A DNA stretch of 63,047 nt, counting the filler, from Octopus bimaculoides (taxonomy: Eukaryota): assembly GCF_001194135.2 (NCBI RefSeq). It is 6 parts of 6 records of this genome, joined end to end, with 100 filler letters (N's around TTAATTAATTAA, not from the genome) between each part and the next. Parts side by side here need not be neighbours in the genome. Positions count along the whole stretch, not along the records: positions 34,364 to 61,005 come from NC_068984.1; positions 61,106 to 63,047 come from NC_068998.1; 4 more parts are not named here. One strand, given 5' to 3'. Under the pieces are notes generated by a model. That model was not told where the DNA came from. It made no database searches and saw only the letters and a list, made by a program, of their open reading frames with translations. Both the position numbers and the translations under genes were made by a program. Position 1 is the stretch's first letter. Each line of letters starts with the position of its first letter. This document shows, piece by piece, positions 51,517 to 63,047 of this stretch.

Positions 51517-52078
51517 AACCAAGCTCTCAGTTCTGCATCAGTACTGAACGAAACTCCGCACATAGCATTTGAAAGAGGTCGAAAGAGGTGGAAATCCGTT
51601 GGTGCCAAATCAGGAGAGTACGGTAGGTGTGACAGCATTTCTCCGCCATGCGTTTGAATGACTTCCTTGGTCATATTGGCGATATGAGGGCAGGTGTTGT
51701 CGTGCAGCAGAACAGCACCATGTTGACGATTAGGTCATTTGTCTTGAATAGCTGTGTTGAGTCGTTCCATCTGTTGAACATGGGGTTCTGCGTTGACCGT
51801 TTGGTTCCGTTCAAGCAATTCGTAATGAATAATCCCTTCCCAGTCCCACCATACGCACAACATCGCTTAACGCGGATGAAGATCTTGTTTCACGCGCGGT
51901 GTCGCTTGTTTATCGGGGCTAAGCCATTACTTACGCTGCTTCATATTGATGTACAGGCACCATTTTTCGTCGCCAATAACTATTCGGTAAAGAAATCGTT
52001 GCTTGTGTCCATGAGTTGAGCGGTGACGAGCAAGCAAACAAGCGGAGATTGTGGCTCGTTGATTTTGGTTGTCACTTA
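51515..52078 (-). mobile_element. Decayed mariner (DD34D) transposase fragment
   Basis: RIVIGDEKW (D1), VLLHDNTCPH (D2), HLPYSPDLAPTDFHLF (D3); the counted D2-D3 spacing is 34. Both ends are lost in microsatellites. Confidence 0.92.
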
Positions 52079-52252
52079 AAACATGTGTTTGTGTTTGTGT
52101 GTGTGTGCATATGTACGTGCCTATATGTATATATGCATGCATGTATGTATGTATATGTTACGGCTTCGTTTTTGTCCCACAACGGTTTGCTAAGATTCCT
52201 GCACTTAAGGAACAGGGCACAATATTATAAGCACCAGAGACGAACAAGTAAA

Positions 52253-52340
52253 TGATGGGTCGATTGATCTGACTAAACACTTCAAATCATTGCTGCATCT
52301 CGGCCGCGATCCAATGACTGAAGCAAATATGAGAGAAAAG
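52253..52340 (+). mobile_element. SINE family C tail
   Basis: GGGTCGATTG...GACTAAA...GGCCGC...CAATGACTGAA. Confidence 0.6.
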
Positions 52341-53788
52341 GAAGGATGGAACCTAGTCTTCTTCTTACATTGCTCTCATGGATAATATCTCTGAATATAT
52401 CACACCACACCTTACCTGTGCGAATACAGGCCTCTCACTTTTGTTGTTGACACAGTTTTATTTCGTTATTGAAACATTTCAATACGAGTTCGTCCATCTT
52501 TTGTACGACTGATGAAAGCATCCGAAATTATCTTCATCTTTTCTTTTTTCTTTACTTTCGAGTTATTTTAAGCAAATCACGTCTATCTAGATATTTAAAG
52601 ACAGGCTGTTGCTAGATATTGTACGGATTTACAATACTAGAACAATAGATAGTCAACCAATTTATTATATTCACGCAAATAATTATTTCATATCGGGAAA
52701 ATGGAAAGAAGGAAACGAACGGAGAAAATGTCAATGATAAAGCCTACACATATTATTATTATTATCATAAATATTATTATTATTATTGTTATTGCTTTTG
52801 CTGTAGTTGTTGTTGTGACAGAAATAAAAATACTTTTCAATCTACTGAATTCAATTAATTTTTCTGCCAAGTTGAAAACAATCAGCTAAAGTTTGAATAC
52901 CGTTTTCATGGAAATTTTTCCATATCTAAACTTGTCCATAGTATCCGCCATATTTAATTCTGTGTACATCCCGAAGGGGCGGGAAATACACGTGCACATG
53001 ACGTGTTTGTGATTTTTTTTTCAGACCAAATCTCTATGAATGCACACCCCCACCACGCACGCACATACGCATACAACCATAGTTCTGTGAATGGAGGCCG
53101 AAGACTATTTTGCCTGCAGAATTTTTATTTTTACTGCTCCCTCTCTCCCTCCCCATCTCTCTTTGTCTCTCTCTCTCTCTTTTACCCACTCTCTCTCACT
53201 CGCTCTCTATGTATATGTACCAGCTTGTGTTGACGTAGTATATTTGAGAACGAATATGTACAGAAGTATGCATGTAATTATGCGAGCATTATTCTACAAT
53301 CCTTCGTGCAAGCTGTTGCTCATTCCATTTCACAATTTCCCTTAACTAAAATTGTGTGTATGTATGTATGCATGCGCCCGATACTGCATATATATCAGGA
53401 AATCCATGGTATCCGTAAAGTTTATATAAATAGATAAACGATAGAACATGGCATCAACAACATTCTCAATTAAAAATACTACAATTGTTTCGATGCATTT
53501 TTTCAATTGTAGTACACGGGCGATATGTTCTGTGATCATTATCAGGCGTTCAAATGTAAAATGTGTAACTCGCAAAGTATGGGGCGTGCTTTATGACGAG
53601 AGGATACACTAAAGAACTTGTTTAAGCAATCACCTGAGGAGGTTCGTTGTACATCTTGGATTTGTGATAATTATTAACGATCTCACCTGATTGATAAAGG
53701 TGTAAAATGTGTCGAAACAATTTTAGTGGCTTTAAATAATGTCGCTCATTCCATTTTCTATCATTTATGCTTTCTCTGTATGTATGCC

Positions 53789-55367
53789 ATTATTTAGTTT
53801 TATTTCAAGATTTCTTGCCAATAGAGAAAGAGTCGGTTTCTGATCCAAATCCAAGGCTCCTTCATTAGAATTTCAACATCAACAAGGTATTTGTGTTTGT
53901 AAGTATGTATGTATGTATGAGTGCAGATTTGTATGTTTTGCTTTATTTATGTATTCTAATGCATATAGTTGCATATCTAGACATGCTCATAAGTATTTAA
54001 ATTATAAACTTCCGGAAAGTTTTATAGATTTTTATAGTTCCAGTGATGGATTCAATCTGTAGTCTTCGAATCAGCTTTCTCCTTTCTGGTTTTGAGAAAC
54101 CTAATTTCTCAAGATTTCTATTTAGGCAGAGTGCTACATATCTCAGCATCCCAATAATTACAGGTACAAACCTGAACTTGTAATCTGGATAGAGTAACTG
54201 CATATTTATCAATAGTTCAGCATAGGTATTCTCTTTCTCACTGATCTTCAGCTTTGTTAACATCCGCCGGGCAGCTGATTCACACAACTGTGCACAGTTT
54301 CTCTTCTTTATCCCAAATCATTATATCAGGTCGGTTGTGCTTACATCGTATTGAGGTTTTCACTAGGACATTCCATCAAAACTCATTTTTATTATGAGTG
54401 AGTATGGTTTCTTCCATACTGTGGATTCTTATTTCTTGATCCTCGGGATTATCCTTCCGACGGATTTCATTATAGAGTGTCCTAGCTACAACATCATGTC
54501 TCATGGATAGATTATACCGTGATGACATTTTCGGACAACAGCTTATGACGTGAGTCATATCTTCGGTGTGAACTCCACAATATCTGCATCAGTTGTCACA
54601 TTTCACTGCTTTTCCTGCATCTCTGTCCTTTTTGTGCATCAGGTATTTGGTTGATATTTCCTGTTCCTGGATTGCAAACGCGTATACTTCAATGTGGGAG
54701 GTAATAATCCGGCTATTCGTCCATGATAAACTGATTTGATGATCAATGTTACTATCATCTCAGAGTTTTCTACTAACACATCCATGCAAAGTCTTCTGCT
54801 CATATATGCTCATCCTTTCATCTGATGATACGTTGCGGTAGAGTCGTGCGACTTCTTTGGACACGTATTCTAGGTTATCAGACAAGGAGTGTTACTCAAG
54901 GAGCTGCCTTCCAAGTCTTATGATGTTATCAGCCTCATGTATGCAAACTTGGTCAAGAGATGCACTTCGACACTTGGCGGTTAAAATATGTTTTCGAAGG
55001 GGGAATATATGACATCAAAAGCCATTTTGGATTGATGTTAAGCCTTTGCCGCCTTGTTTTCGTTTAAGGTAGAGGTGCTCTACGTCACTGTTTATGTGGC
55101 AATTATGTGTGTTTGTTAGTATTTTTCGGGTTTTCACATCAATGGCTCGGATCTCCTGAAGCGTCCAAAAAGCAGCCCAAATAGTGGTATGGGTATTGCC
55201 CCGCTAACACATCATGGGCTATTGTTTTATTGAACGAAAAGAGTTCTGAGGTCCAAATTTTCTTTTTTCGGCTGTAATATACTTTAGTTACACGTAATTT
55301 GTTACAGGTGACATTGTAAGATATGTTTTCATCCACACCCAGATACCTGTAACCTTCCTCATCAGAG
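53789..55367 (-). mobile_element. 5'-truncated, decayed R4/Dong-clade (RLE) LINE family A
   Basis: GYRYLGVDENI (RT end), GGKGL, CCHC knuckle region ...THVISCCPKMSSRYNL.MRHDVVA, HNRPDMIIW and KISEKENTYAELL..FVPVIIG.L (PD-(D/E)xK endonuclease), then a 3' UTR shared with 42061 and 9531. Confidence 0.92.
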
Positions 55368-55379
55368 GATGATGATGAT

Positions 55380-55441
<62 letters not shown>

Positions 55442-55603
55442 GAAGAAGAAGAAGAAGAAGAAAAGAAGAAGAAGAAGAAGAAGAAGAAGAAGAAGAAGAA
55501 GAAGAAGAAGAAGAAGAAGAAGAAGAAGAAGAAGAAGAAGAAGAAGAAGAAGAAGAAGAAGAAGAAGAAGAAGAAGAAGAAGAAGAAGAAGAAGAAGAAG
55601 AAG
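55368..55603. repeat. (GAT)n(TAA)n(GAA)n compound microsatellite
   Basis: Direct reading; source of the poly-I/R/E pseudo-ORF. Confidence 0.97.
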
Positions 55604-55958
55604 ATCCTGTAGGATTTTATGATTCAGTTCGACCATGAGATAGAGAAAAGGAAGCCAGACATAGTGTTAATTGAGAAAGAAAGCAAACTTTGCTGGATGA
55701 TAGATATAGCATGCCCAGCTGACAACAAGGTATGTGATAAGGAAGAAAGAAAAGTTCGAGAAGTATATTGATCAAATGGGGGCTGCAATAAGGGCGGAGC
55801 ACTTGCAGAAAACAGCACTGCTTGGAAACGCTCGAAAACTCAGGAAGGTGCTCGAAAAATAAGGGTTGTTACCTTAGTTCACTGGTAATGAACAGCTGAC
55901 ACCATAGTACATCTCCAGTGTTAGAAGCTGTGGAAAGGAAATAATAATGATAATAATA
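55601..55958 (+). mobile_element. 5'-truncated Dong-like LINE family B (RLE domain, internal deletion) ending in (TAA)n
   Basis: KIL*DFMIQFDHEIEKRKPDIVLIEKESKLCWMIDIACPADNKV...HLQKTALLGNARKLRKVLEK* (stop at 55860-62) matches the Dong/R4 consensus KILWDF.IQTD..I..R.PDIV...C.IID.A.P.D...LQK.ALLG.ARILRKVL. Tail aataataatgataataata. Confidence 0.88.
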
Positions 55959-55985
55959 CGTTTAACAAATAAATCGAATCCTTAC

Positions 55986-56285
55986 CGTGCATTCTCCAAG
56001 TCCATACAACATGGGTCCACACTTCATTTGCTAACGAAATATTAGTTGATATATATTTGTTGAATATTTTAAAAACTAAATTATTTCCACTGGTTATGCG
56101 CAATATGTTGATAGTTTGATCCTGCTTGTAGGATAAAATGGTATCTTGATTCATATTACTGCCGTTAGCTTTTACCCAGAATGCAATGGTAAGATTTTTG
56201 ACTTCCGGAAATCCTTTACCCAAAAGTAATGTATAACGGACAGGATCTTTGTTTCGGAATTCTAACCGGGAGTCTAATGCAGATG
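55986..56285 (-). CDS. Internal coding exon (300 bp, phase 1-1): N-terminal half of a pentraxin/LamG-like domain (SVEP1-like or pentraxin-bearing adhesion-GPCR-like extracellular protein)
   Basis: Acceptor ttcttctcctttcag|CA (AG at 56287-56286), donor CACG|gtaagg (GT at 55985-55984). Open frame SALDSRLEF...NLTIAFWVK...DTILSY...WTHVVWTWRMH resembles the SVEP1 pentraxin (LTCTFWMK...TPISY...WHHIAITW). Splices in frame to the exon at 47203. Confidence 0.92.
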
Positions 56286-56357
56286 CTGAAAGGAGAAGAA
56301 ACGAAATCATTGGTAAAATAAATAAGCAACAAATTCTATGATTCCTATATATATATT

Positions 56358-56420
56358 TTTATCTTTTACTTGTTTCAGTCATTAGTCCGCGGCCATATTG
56401 GGGCACATTCTTCTAGACTT
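56358..56420 (-). mobile_element. SINE family C tail
   Basis: Plus strand TTTTACTTGTTTCAGTCATT...GCGGCCAT..TGGGGCAC is the reverse complement of the family C tail. Confidence 0.75.
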
Positions 56421-56693
56421 TTCATATATATATATATATATATGAATACATATATGCATACATATTGTTGTAAGACCTAGCTCACTGCTCGGCATTACTT
56501 ACCGTATTTCACGTTGTAAGATTCACATATCTATAAGATGTACTCTTATTGTGTAAGTATAAATTGTTGCAAAATATAACAGATTTAGTATGGAGTCATT
56601 GAAAGGCGTTTGAAAGTGATTATATCGGAGCGATTGATCCTGCGCACTCAAATAAAATATTGTGACAATATACTGAGATAAAGTATAAAATTA

Positions 56694-57014
56694 GTGGAGG
56701 AACATGGCCTAGTGGTTAGAGCAGCGGACTCGCGGTCTAGGGATCGTGGATTCGAATCTCAGACTGGGTCATGTGTGTGTTTATGAGCGAAACATTATGA
56801 GTGAAACACCTAAGCTACACGCGGCTCCAGCAGAAGGTAATAACGAAGTTCTGCTGTCTCTTTCACCACAACTTTCTCTCACTCACTCCTGCATCTAGCA
56901 GCTCACCTGAGACGGACAGGTATCCCGTCCAGGTGGGGAACCTATACACCAATGAAACCGGGAATCCGGCCTTTATGAGACAGGAACTACTAGAGAAGGA
57001 ACAATAGCAACAAC
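56694..57014 (+). mobile_element. tRNA(Arg-like)-derived SINE, full length, perfect 11-bp TSD
   Basis: A-box TGGCCTAGTGG, B-box GATTCGAATC; TSD AAGTATAAAAT at 56681-56691 and 57015-57025; (CAA)-like tail. Confidence 0.9.
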
Positions 57015-58301
57015 AAGTATAAAATCGTAAATTCATCATAAATAAACTGTTATAGGATTAGTATGTTTCAGATTAAAAGTTCTTAAGATTTTGGTCAAGA
57101 GAGTTGCTATACATGCTGCGAAACTCGATTTTCTGGCTGTGTTGTTTTATGTAACCACAATCAGCCACCACGGTGTAGCCTGATCGCTAGGATTTTGCTG
57201 AATTCCCCACATTGTAAATAACTGATAAGCGGATGTAAATTTCCTGACATACCAGTCTTCTTTCAAACATCTTTCATGTGGGATGATAAGCAAATGCTTC
57301 TTAAAGGTAGCACAGCTATTAAATGATGTATGAACAATATCAGGTGTGAGTTATGCAAGTTGAGGAAGGAGCTATAATGAGATATCATGGTCTCACATAT
57401 AACTACCAGTATACTGACAGGAATATCTCCTGTCTTTTCTGATAACAAGTACTAAAAGATTTTTCAACGTCAAATAAGAATGCTTTAGAAATGTCATCTA
57501 TTTTAACCAAATGAAAGACAGATAGATATAAATGTTAGGATTGGTTGGATTACATTTTGAACATTTTGCATCAGTTATGGAGCAATGGAGGCTTAAATTT
57601 CAGTTTAACGGCCATTAGCCTCACGAATTTAAATCTATTGCGGAGACAAATGCTTGCTAGACGAGCAAACAAGACGGGAATATCTTCAGTCGTTCCGTTT
57701 AGCATTTTAGAATCGGAGACAAGTTCTAAAACATAACATTTCATGAAAAATAAATGAAGAAAAAAGAAACGGGAAGAATGCAGTAACATGAAGATAACAT
57801 TCTGGCGAAGGCATATTTGGCAATCAGATGTTTTGAAGTAAATGCTAGTCAAAGACTAGATCATCCTGCAATTAGTATATCAAGCAAACGCTCTCTGAAC
57901 CGAATACTTTGGCGTAGAATCAATAACATGTTTATTTAATGGATTGAAATAATGTCTGCAATATTTCAGTTTACAGACGATACACAAATACAATAAAACA
58001 ATTCTTTAGATTCACCTGAAAAGAAATTTAGGCTGGGGTTTCAGACAATTTGGATATAAGAAATAAGGGGGAGAAAGCTGTAATTTTCTACGAATCTAAG
58101 AATATAATTTTGTCTGGAATCTCGACAACGATCTACCAATATTTGCATTAGAGATTCTTCTGTATTTTGGGTTTTTATTTTGTTCATTTTATTTACAGGC
58201 TCCAGAAAAATCAATGATTTGTAAAGGATATACGTTGAGAAATACATGTATATACGCACACACGCACGTACACAGACACACACGCACGCACAAATACACA
58301 C

Positions 58302-58340
<39 letters not shown>

Positions 58341-58761
58341 TGTGTGTAGATATATATGTATATATATATGTAGATAGATAGATATGCATATGTATATATA
58401 CATATATATATATACTTATATGTGTGTATATGTGTATATATGTACGTGTGTATGTATATATATGTATATATACATGTGTACACGGAAACATGTACGCTTG
58501 TGTGCGCTTGCGTAAATATACATCTCCAGTTGTTTGTATGTAAAGAAATAATAAAGAAAGCTAGACAGGAAAAAGATAACCAACAAAGAAAATAACTAAA
58601 CCGAAGGAAAAATGCAAGACAGAAAAGCGTTCGATAGATAATATATAAGAACCGTTAATATTACCACTGAAATTACAAATGAAGTAGGAAATATAAAAGA
58701 AAGAAGTTTATACACGTATACACACACAAACACATATATAAATGTATGTATGTATGTATGA

Positions 58762-58820
<59 letters not shown>

Positions 58821-59746
58821 NNNNNNNNNNNNNNNNNNNNNNNNNNNNNNNNNNNNNNNNNNNNNNNNNNNNNNNNNNNNNNNNNNNNNNNNNNNNNNNN
58901 NNNNNNNNNNNNNNNNNNNNNNNNNNNNNNNNNNNNNNNNNNNNNNNNNNNNNNNNNNNNNNNNNNNNNNNNNNNNNNNNNNNNNNNNNNNNNNNNNNNN
59001 NNNNNNNNNNNNNNNNNNNNNNNNNNNNNNNNNNNNNNNNNNNNNNNNNNNNNNNNNNNNNNNNNNNNNNNNNNNNNNNNNNNNNNNNNNNNNNNNNNNN
59101 NNNNNNNNNNNNNNNNNNNNNNNNNNNNNNNNNNNNNNNNNNNNNNNNNNNNNNNNNNNNNNNNNNNNNNNNNNNNNNNNNNNNNNNNNNNNNNNNNNNN
59201 NNNNNNNNNNNNNNNNNNNNNNNNNNNNNNNNNNNNNNNNNNNNNNNNNNNNNNNNNNNNNNNNNNNNNNNNNNNNNNNNNNNNNNNNNNNNNNNNNNNN
59301 NNNNNNNNNNNNNNNNNNNNNNNNNNNNNNNNNNNNNNNNNNNNNNNNNNNNNNNNNNNNNNNNNNNNNNNNNNNNNNNNNNNNNNNNNNNNNNNNNNNN
59401 NNNNNNNNNNNNNNNNNNNNNNNNNNNNNNNNNNNNNNNNNNNNNNNNNNNNNNNNNNNNNNNNNNNNNNNNNNNNNNNNNNNNNNNNNNNNNNNNNNNN
59501 NNNNNNNNNNNNNNNNNNNNNNNNNNNNNNNNNNNNNNNNNNNNNNNNNNNNNNNNNNNNNNNNNNNNNNNNNNNNNNNNNNNNNNNNNNNNNNNNNNNN
59601 NNNNNNNNNNNNNNNNNNNNNNNNNNNNNNNNNNNNNNNNNNNNNNNNNNNNNNNNNNNNNNNNNNNNNNNNNNNNNNNNNNNNNNNNNNNNNNNNNNNN
59701 NNNNNNNNNNNNNNNNNNNNNNNNNNNNNNNNNNNNNNNNNNNNNN

Positions 59747-59838
59747 GATAAAATAAGTACCAGTTGAACACTGGGGTCGATGTAATCGACTTACCTGCTC
59801 CCCCAAAACTGCTGGCCATAGACCATAATTTTAAACCA
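59747..59838 (+). mobile_element. SINE family A, 3' half
   Basis: GATAAAATAAGTACCAGTTGA.CACTGGGGTCGATGTAATCGACT. Confidence 0.8.
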
Positions 59839-62338
59839 GTGTTAGGCTTCTTAAACTCCAGCATATTACAGTGGATCCAAATTGAAAGACGTACAAAAGA
59901 ATACATAATTGGCTAAAATAATTTTTTATTGCAACATATTGAGAATAAGAACAGCAAGCATAAGTTTTATATACCTCTATTCTCTCTCTCAACAATAAAT
60001 CTGTGTAACTTTAATAACATCACAAGCAGACTGACCGATCTTACAATTCAACCCACCCATTATCAATATCAATACCACTTTACCCTTCTCTGTCCCCTTC
60101 CGTCTAATCCCTGACATTATTCTTCTCTGCTGTCCTGATTCTTTTATTCTCATTCTACACTGTTCGATTTCTTATTCATACCATTATCTTCTTCTCACAG
60201 TATGTATGTCCATTTTAACATGAAGGCTGACTATTTGCAAACTGCAATGTGACCCCATCCGTGCTGATACCAGAAAAAGCACCCAGTACACTCTGTAAGT
60301 GATTGGTAATTGCTTCAAGCAGTGACAATACAATGCTTGAGAAGGCTCTTTAATTTCACTGAAAACTGTAAGCTGTTTGTCTTGGTTCAGATTTGTTTAA
60401 ATTGGTTGTATATATGCATATACGTACACCACACGCAAATAGGTACATATATTTCTGTTATTATATCTGTTTATTACTACACATGAACACCCCAACCACA
60501 CACACACACATATACACTTACACATATACATACGTATATATATATATATATATATATATGACTGTAAATGAGTTGTTGTTGTTGTTGTTGATGGTGGTGG
60601 TGGTGGTGGTGGTGTGTGCGTGTACGCTAATATCGAACAGGGAAAATGAGGGCTTATCACTGCATTGGTGGATAAATGTGTTTTATATATTTGTCGGTTA
60701 AGAAGGATACCAATACTTTCATGATGGTTGAATCTCTTAACAATTATCGACCACACCACAATGTGAACGTTGTTATTTGTCCCCATTTCCGATGAGAATA
60801 CGCGATGTTTCACTAGACTGTACGAGAATTCAAGATAAATAAATAGATATACAGATCTGGGATATATATGTATGTATATACCTATATCTATCTATCTATC
60901 TATATATATATATATATATATATAAACAAAATTAAGGGATCAGCAACAGGTTGCTTCACCACATACCGAAGTTCAGAAATAGCAGCTAAAAATGGCAGCT
61001 AATGTNNNNNNNNNNNNNNNNNNNNNNNNNNNNNNNNNNNNNNNNNNNNTTAATTAATTAANNNNNNNNNNNNNNNNNNNNNNNNNNNNNNNNNNNNNNN
61101 NNNNNTTTATTAGCTACTGCCAATATGCTTCAGCCATTTTTTGACAAGGAAATAATAATTTTATCACCACGAGAATCGTTTGTTTACGTAGTCAGCACTT
61201 ACTGTTATTCAGCCGAATGGACGTCAGTCATTGGTTGAAATTACAGAAATACGACAACTTTAACATGAAATAACTTGCGATGTTTTATATGACACATTCT
61301 ACCAGTGTCCCAAGTTTCAAAGTGTTTCATTAAGAAAATACTGGTGCCCCCATTTTGAACAAGATCCGATTAATCTGAAAGCATGTGTTTAGGAAGCTAG
61401 CTTCTTAACAACACAACCGTGCTTGTGTTTCATCTAACAAAATACAGTTCTGGTGAGTTGAATAAAGATAAACCTGATTAAAACCCTCTCTATTGTTAAG
61501 AGAACAATCCTTTACAACAAACACAATAGACTCAGGATAGTTTCAGTGTTAAAACAACACAAACCTTAATTAAAAGAAAGCAATCCCCATTTAACACAAA
61601 TATCTTTTAGGAAAATTCCCAATTGATGGAGACCACCCTTAGCTAATGGAGTCTATACCCACAACAGTTACAATACAAACCCACGCAATCCTCTCAGACA
61701 ACCTGTCAGGAAGTATGGTGGAGGAAGTAATAGAGCTTTTAGAGTAGGATAATTGTCTTAAGATAAAATTTTTCGGGGAAAAGAGGTGACTGTATCACAA
61801 AACAGGAAACTAAAATAACAAAAACAAATAAACAACAGTTCTTTTATATTTACATATTTAAACAAAATAATGACACTTTTGTTGTGTTGTTTAGCCCCAG
61901 GTCAAAGACCTAACCTGAATGAGGAGACCTATGACCAAAAGTGTTCAAGCCATGATCATCTTGCATTTTTTTTCCTTTTTAATTTTCTGGTACTGGACTA
62001 GGACTACATTCTCTAATATTATTCTTCTTACAAATAGCAGGGTATAATCTAATAGAGATTTGGTTCTTAGTTATTTCATACCACCACCACCACCACCACC
62101 ACCACCACCACCATCACCACAATTTTCTGTTTTACATAAACAATAACAATAACAAGAATAATAGTAATAGTAACAAAAACAGCAATGATGATTAATTATC
62201 ATTATAATTATATTAATTCAATACTCATTTCTCAATTCTTCCTATAATGACTTTTAACAATAATAATAATAATAATAATAATAATTATTATTATTATTAT
62301 TATTATCATCATTATTATTACTATTACTATGGTTTCTT

Positions 62339-62530
62339 GAAGGTGGTGCACATTGGACAAAGTGCTTAGCATCCCTCTTTACATTCTGAGTCAAATTCTT
62401 TCAAGTTTGATTTTGCCTTCAAACTTGTTGGAGTTAATGAAATGAGCACCAATTAAGCACTGGCGTTGATGAAATCAACTATACCCTCCCCCAAAATTTC
62501 AGGCGTTGAGACTACTGTAGAAAGGATTAT
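62339..62530 (+). mobile_element. SINE family A, diverged
   Basis: TGCTTAGC...TTTACATTCTGAG.TCAAATT...TTTGCCTT...GCACTGG.GTTGATG.AATC.ACT...CCCTCCCC.AAAATTTC.GG. Confidence 0.7.
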
Positions 62531-62536
62531 AATTAT

Positions 62537-62640
62537 GATTTCTAGCATTGGTACAAAGCCACAAATTTTGCAGAGAGAAGGGGACAATTGAGTAAATCAA
62601 CCTCAGTACCTAGTTGGGTGACACTTATTTCACTGATCCT
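62537..62640 (-). mobile_element. SINE family A, 3' fragment inverted relative to the neighbouring copy
   Basis: Similar to the 3' end of 23602-23700. Confidence 0.6.
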
Positions 62641-62896
62641 TCTGCTCTAAGTATGGCAAGGTAAAATCTCCTTGGCAAGAAGCTGGATTCAAACTGATGA
62701 AAGAAAAGGGCGCAACAAAATACTCCAAAGAATTCTGTTTCATGCTTTAACAATTTTCTAAACCTTTCAGTGAATACAAAAGTAAGAGAATATGAGACAA
62801 AAATAGTTGTGAAAGGTATCAAAATAGGAGATTTGTGGGTATTCATATATGTGTGTGTGTTCATATATGTGTGTGTGAGTGTGCATACATACACAC

Positions 62897-62938
<42 letters not shown>

Positions 62939-62974
62939 CATATATATATACATTTAAATATATATATATATTTG

Positions 62975-63037
<63 letters not shown>

Positions 63038-63047
63038 GTATATATAT

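Noticed and set aside
52508-52535. CTGATGA...GAAA spacing on the plus strand
   Set aside because: Stems I and II cannot pair; chance match.
56697-56770. tRNA-like sequence (also the heads at about 45440-45520, 43730-43801 and 17690-17750)
   Set aside because: A and B boxes are present but there is no acceptor-stem pairing, and each continues into a SINE body; not tRNA genes.
57625-57725. Possible upstream exon with good splice sites
   Set aside because: The only open frame ends in phase 0, incompatible with the phase-1 acceptor at 56285.

Overview
AT-rich, gap-ridden eukaryotic genomic DNA saturated with di-, tri- and tetranucleotide microsatellites and old transposable elements. The SINE repertoire and microsatellite load point to a coleoid cephalopod, most likely Octopus (inference, not verified). 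It appears to be at least six assembly blocks joined by N-runs carrying the artificial linker TTAATTAATTAA. The only well-supported protein-coding content is two minus-strand exons (56285-55986 and 47203-46886, both phase 1-1, canonical GT-AG, 8782-bp intron). They splice in frame into one complete pentraxin/LamG-like domain of the SVEP1 / adhesion-GPCR type; the rest of that gene was not identified. Everything else recognisable is repeat-derived: three R4/Dong-clade (RLE) LINE lineages, Penelope-like and CR1-like LINE relics, DD34D mariner and DD41D rosa-type transposase relics, a fold-back mariner MITE, a hAT-type MITE and about 30 tRNA-derived SINE copies from several families. No intact new gene system was found. 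The most interesting leads are two R4/Dong families apparently tied to different microsatellites ((TACA)n versus (TAA)n), two hammerhead-ribozyme-like folds with degenerate cores inside repeats, and a pentraxin domain lacking the canonical Ca2+ ligands and disulfide. Nearly all long ORFs in the supplied track are microsatellite or N-gap artefacts.
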